From Oculina patagonica (taxonomy: Eukaryota), in the NCBI RefSeq assembly GCF_052425735.1, contig NC_135759.1, positions 43,152,001-43,216,000 of the forward strand: DNA of 64,000 nucleotides, written 5' to 3'. Position 1 is the first letter of the stretch, and each line of letters begins with the position of its first letter. The translations under genes and the position numbers were made by a program. The notes under the pieces were generated by a model that did not search any database, was not told the DNA's origin, and saw only the letters and a list, made by a program, of their open reading frames with translations. Shown here piece by piece: positions 62,595 through 64,000 of this stretch.

Positions 62595-63889
62595 GGGGTC
62601 GCAATGCCAAAACTCTCATGTGTGTGGGGCCCGCAAGGCCAGCCCTTTTGTGTGAAAGGAGGAAAATGTGAGTGGCTTTCACATTCCTAACTTCCTGAAG
62701 CAGATTCGCCGGACCCGACAGTGTACCAATCGTTGTATGGCGCCATTGTATTAAATTACAACCAACCTTTAATTGCTGTGCCAGAAATAATTCCTATTGA
62801 ACAAATGCTCTTATTGAGTAAACGAAGATGGGAAGAGGGAGAACTGGAGAAATTAACTTGAATGTAAAGAAAAACTTGAAAAGATCTCGTGGAAAAGCGT
62901 TTACAACATACAAAAAAACTAAAGAAAATGAAAAACAAATAACAATCTTTTTAACAGACGAGCTGATTGAAAAATTAAAAAAATTAGACAGCAGTGTTGT
63001 CGCAAACGTTTTAACAAGCTAAACAAAACTTGCACGCTCCGGTGAGTGCATAAATTATTGAGTAACACAGGAAGTCATTGTTTACCCTGTGTCAATTACG
63101 TGGGAAACCCCTTGACGTAATCTAATTGTTTTTTTTTTCATCTTGAATATGTTTAGCCGGAAAACAACTCAAACTCGTTGTATGTGTGTTTTGAGAGCTA
63201 TGATTTATTCAACAACAATATTTAATTTGACTAACATGTAAATATACCGTGAAATATTGAGCTAAGAACTTTCTAGAACATAAAAGAACAATATAAGATC
63301 ACGGTAAGTTTATTCACCAGGCGTCATTACTATTTTTAGTTAATAGGTTATTTCCCGATGTAATGACGTCTTTTGTGACCAATCACAGTTAAAATTATAA
63401 CTTTATATTATTCACATAAGCTTTTTTGTATTACACAAGCAAGTATGGCCGATGTATAAAGACGTTTATCAAACCTTCATTGAAAAAGAAGCAAAGACAC
63501 AGCTTACGGACATGAATCATTTGGAAACGACAAACGAGGATCCGATTATAATATTTAACATCAGCTATTCGTGCCTTCGCTTAACGAAACCGAATCAATT
63601 ACGGACAACAATCAGATGCTTGGTCGTGTGAAGTTTTATTGCAAGGTTAAGTATATCGGAAGCTTGAAGACGTTTATCAAACCTTTTTCGATCAAAATTA
63701 AGAAGATTTAACTCAGTTTATCGAAATGATTCATTTGTAGATGTCTAACGATAGCCTGATACAACTAAAGCGTTTTGCCAAACTTGACAAAAATCGGCCA
63801 AGTTACAAGCCTAATTGGAATGCAAATGGGTTACGCGTAACCCGAATTGACCAAAACTTGTCAAGTCATCAAAGGATAGACGCCGCGCT

Positions 63890-64000
63890 GCCATAAGATG
63901 TCCGCCGTTGTCAAGAAACAATTTACCTTGGATACCGTGGCCATAGATGTCCGCCGTTGTCAAGAAACAATTTACCTTGGATACCGTGGCCATGAATGTC
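63890..64000. repeat. Tandem repeat of about 49 bp running off the window end
   Basis: GCCATA(A)GATGTCCGCCGTTGTCAAGAAACAATTTACCTTGGATACCGTG occurs twice, followed by a partial third unit. Confidence 0.85.

Overview
AT-rich, intron-rich animal genomic DNA. The repeat families suggest an anthozoan, probably a stony coral; this is inferred from recalled repeat families, not from a search. The ORF track is mostly spurious, so I assembled genes by hand from splice sites and reading phase. Five protein-coding genes are supported. (1) A complete CSDE1/UNR cold-shock-domain RNA-binding protein gene (+, 27 coding exons, 5090-27101, about 887 aa, one GC-AG intron). (2) A secreted astacin metalloprotease with a C-terminal SUEL/rhamnose-binding-type lectin domain (-, 39982-31764). 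(3-4) Two small secreted single-SUEL lectin genes directly upstream on the same strand (44625-43359 and 48807-47509). (5) The 3' part of a TRPA1-like ankyrin ion channel (-, 61992-51084; 5' end not found, probably beyond the window). The best candidate for a notable system is the lectin/protease cluster. All three lectin modules share intron positions and a signature loop, which points to local exon shuffling of a lectin onto a protease, and their predicted sugar-binding residues have diverged. Introns and intergenic DNA are packed with MITEs (many with clear TIRs and TSDs), tRNA-derived SINEs, an internally deleted RTE retroelement, Crypton-like hairpin elements and a satellite. No rRNA, CRISPR array or convincing functional tRNA was found.
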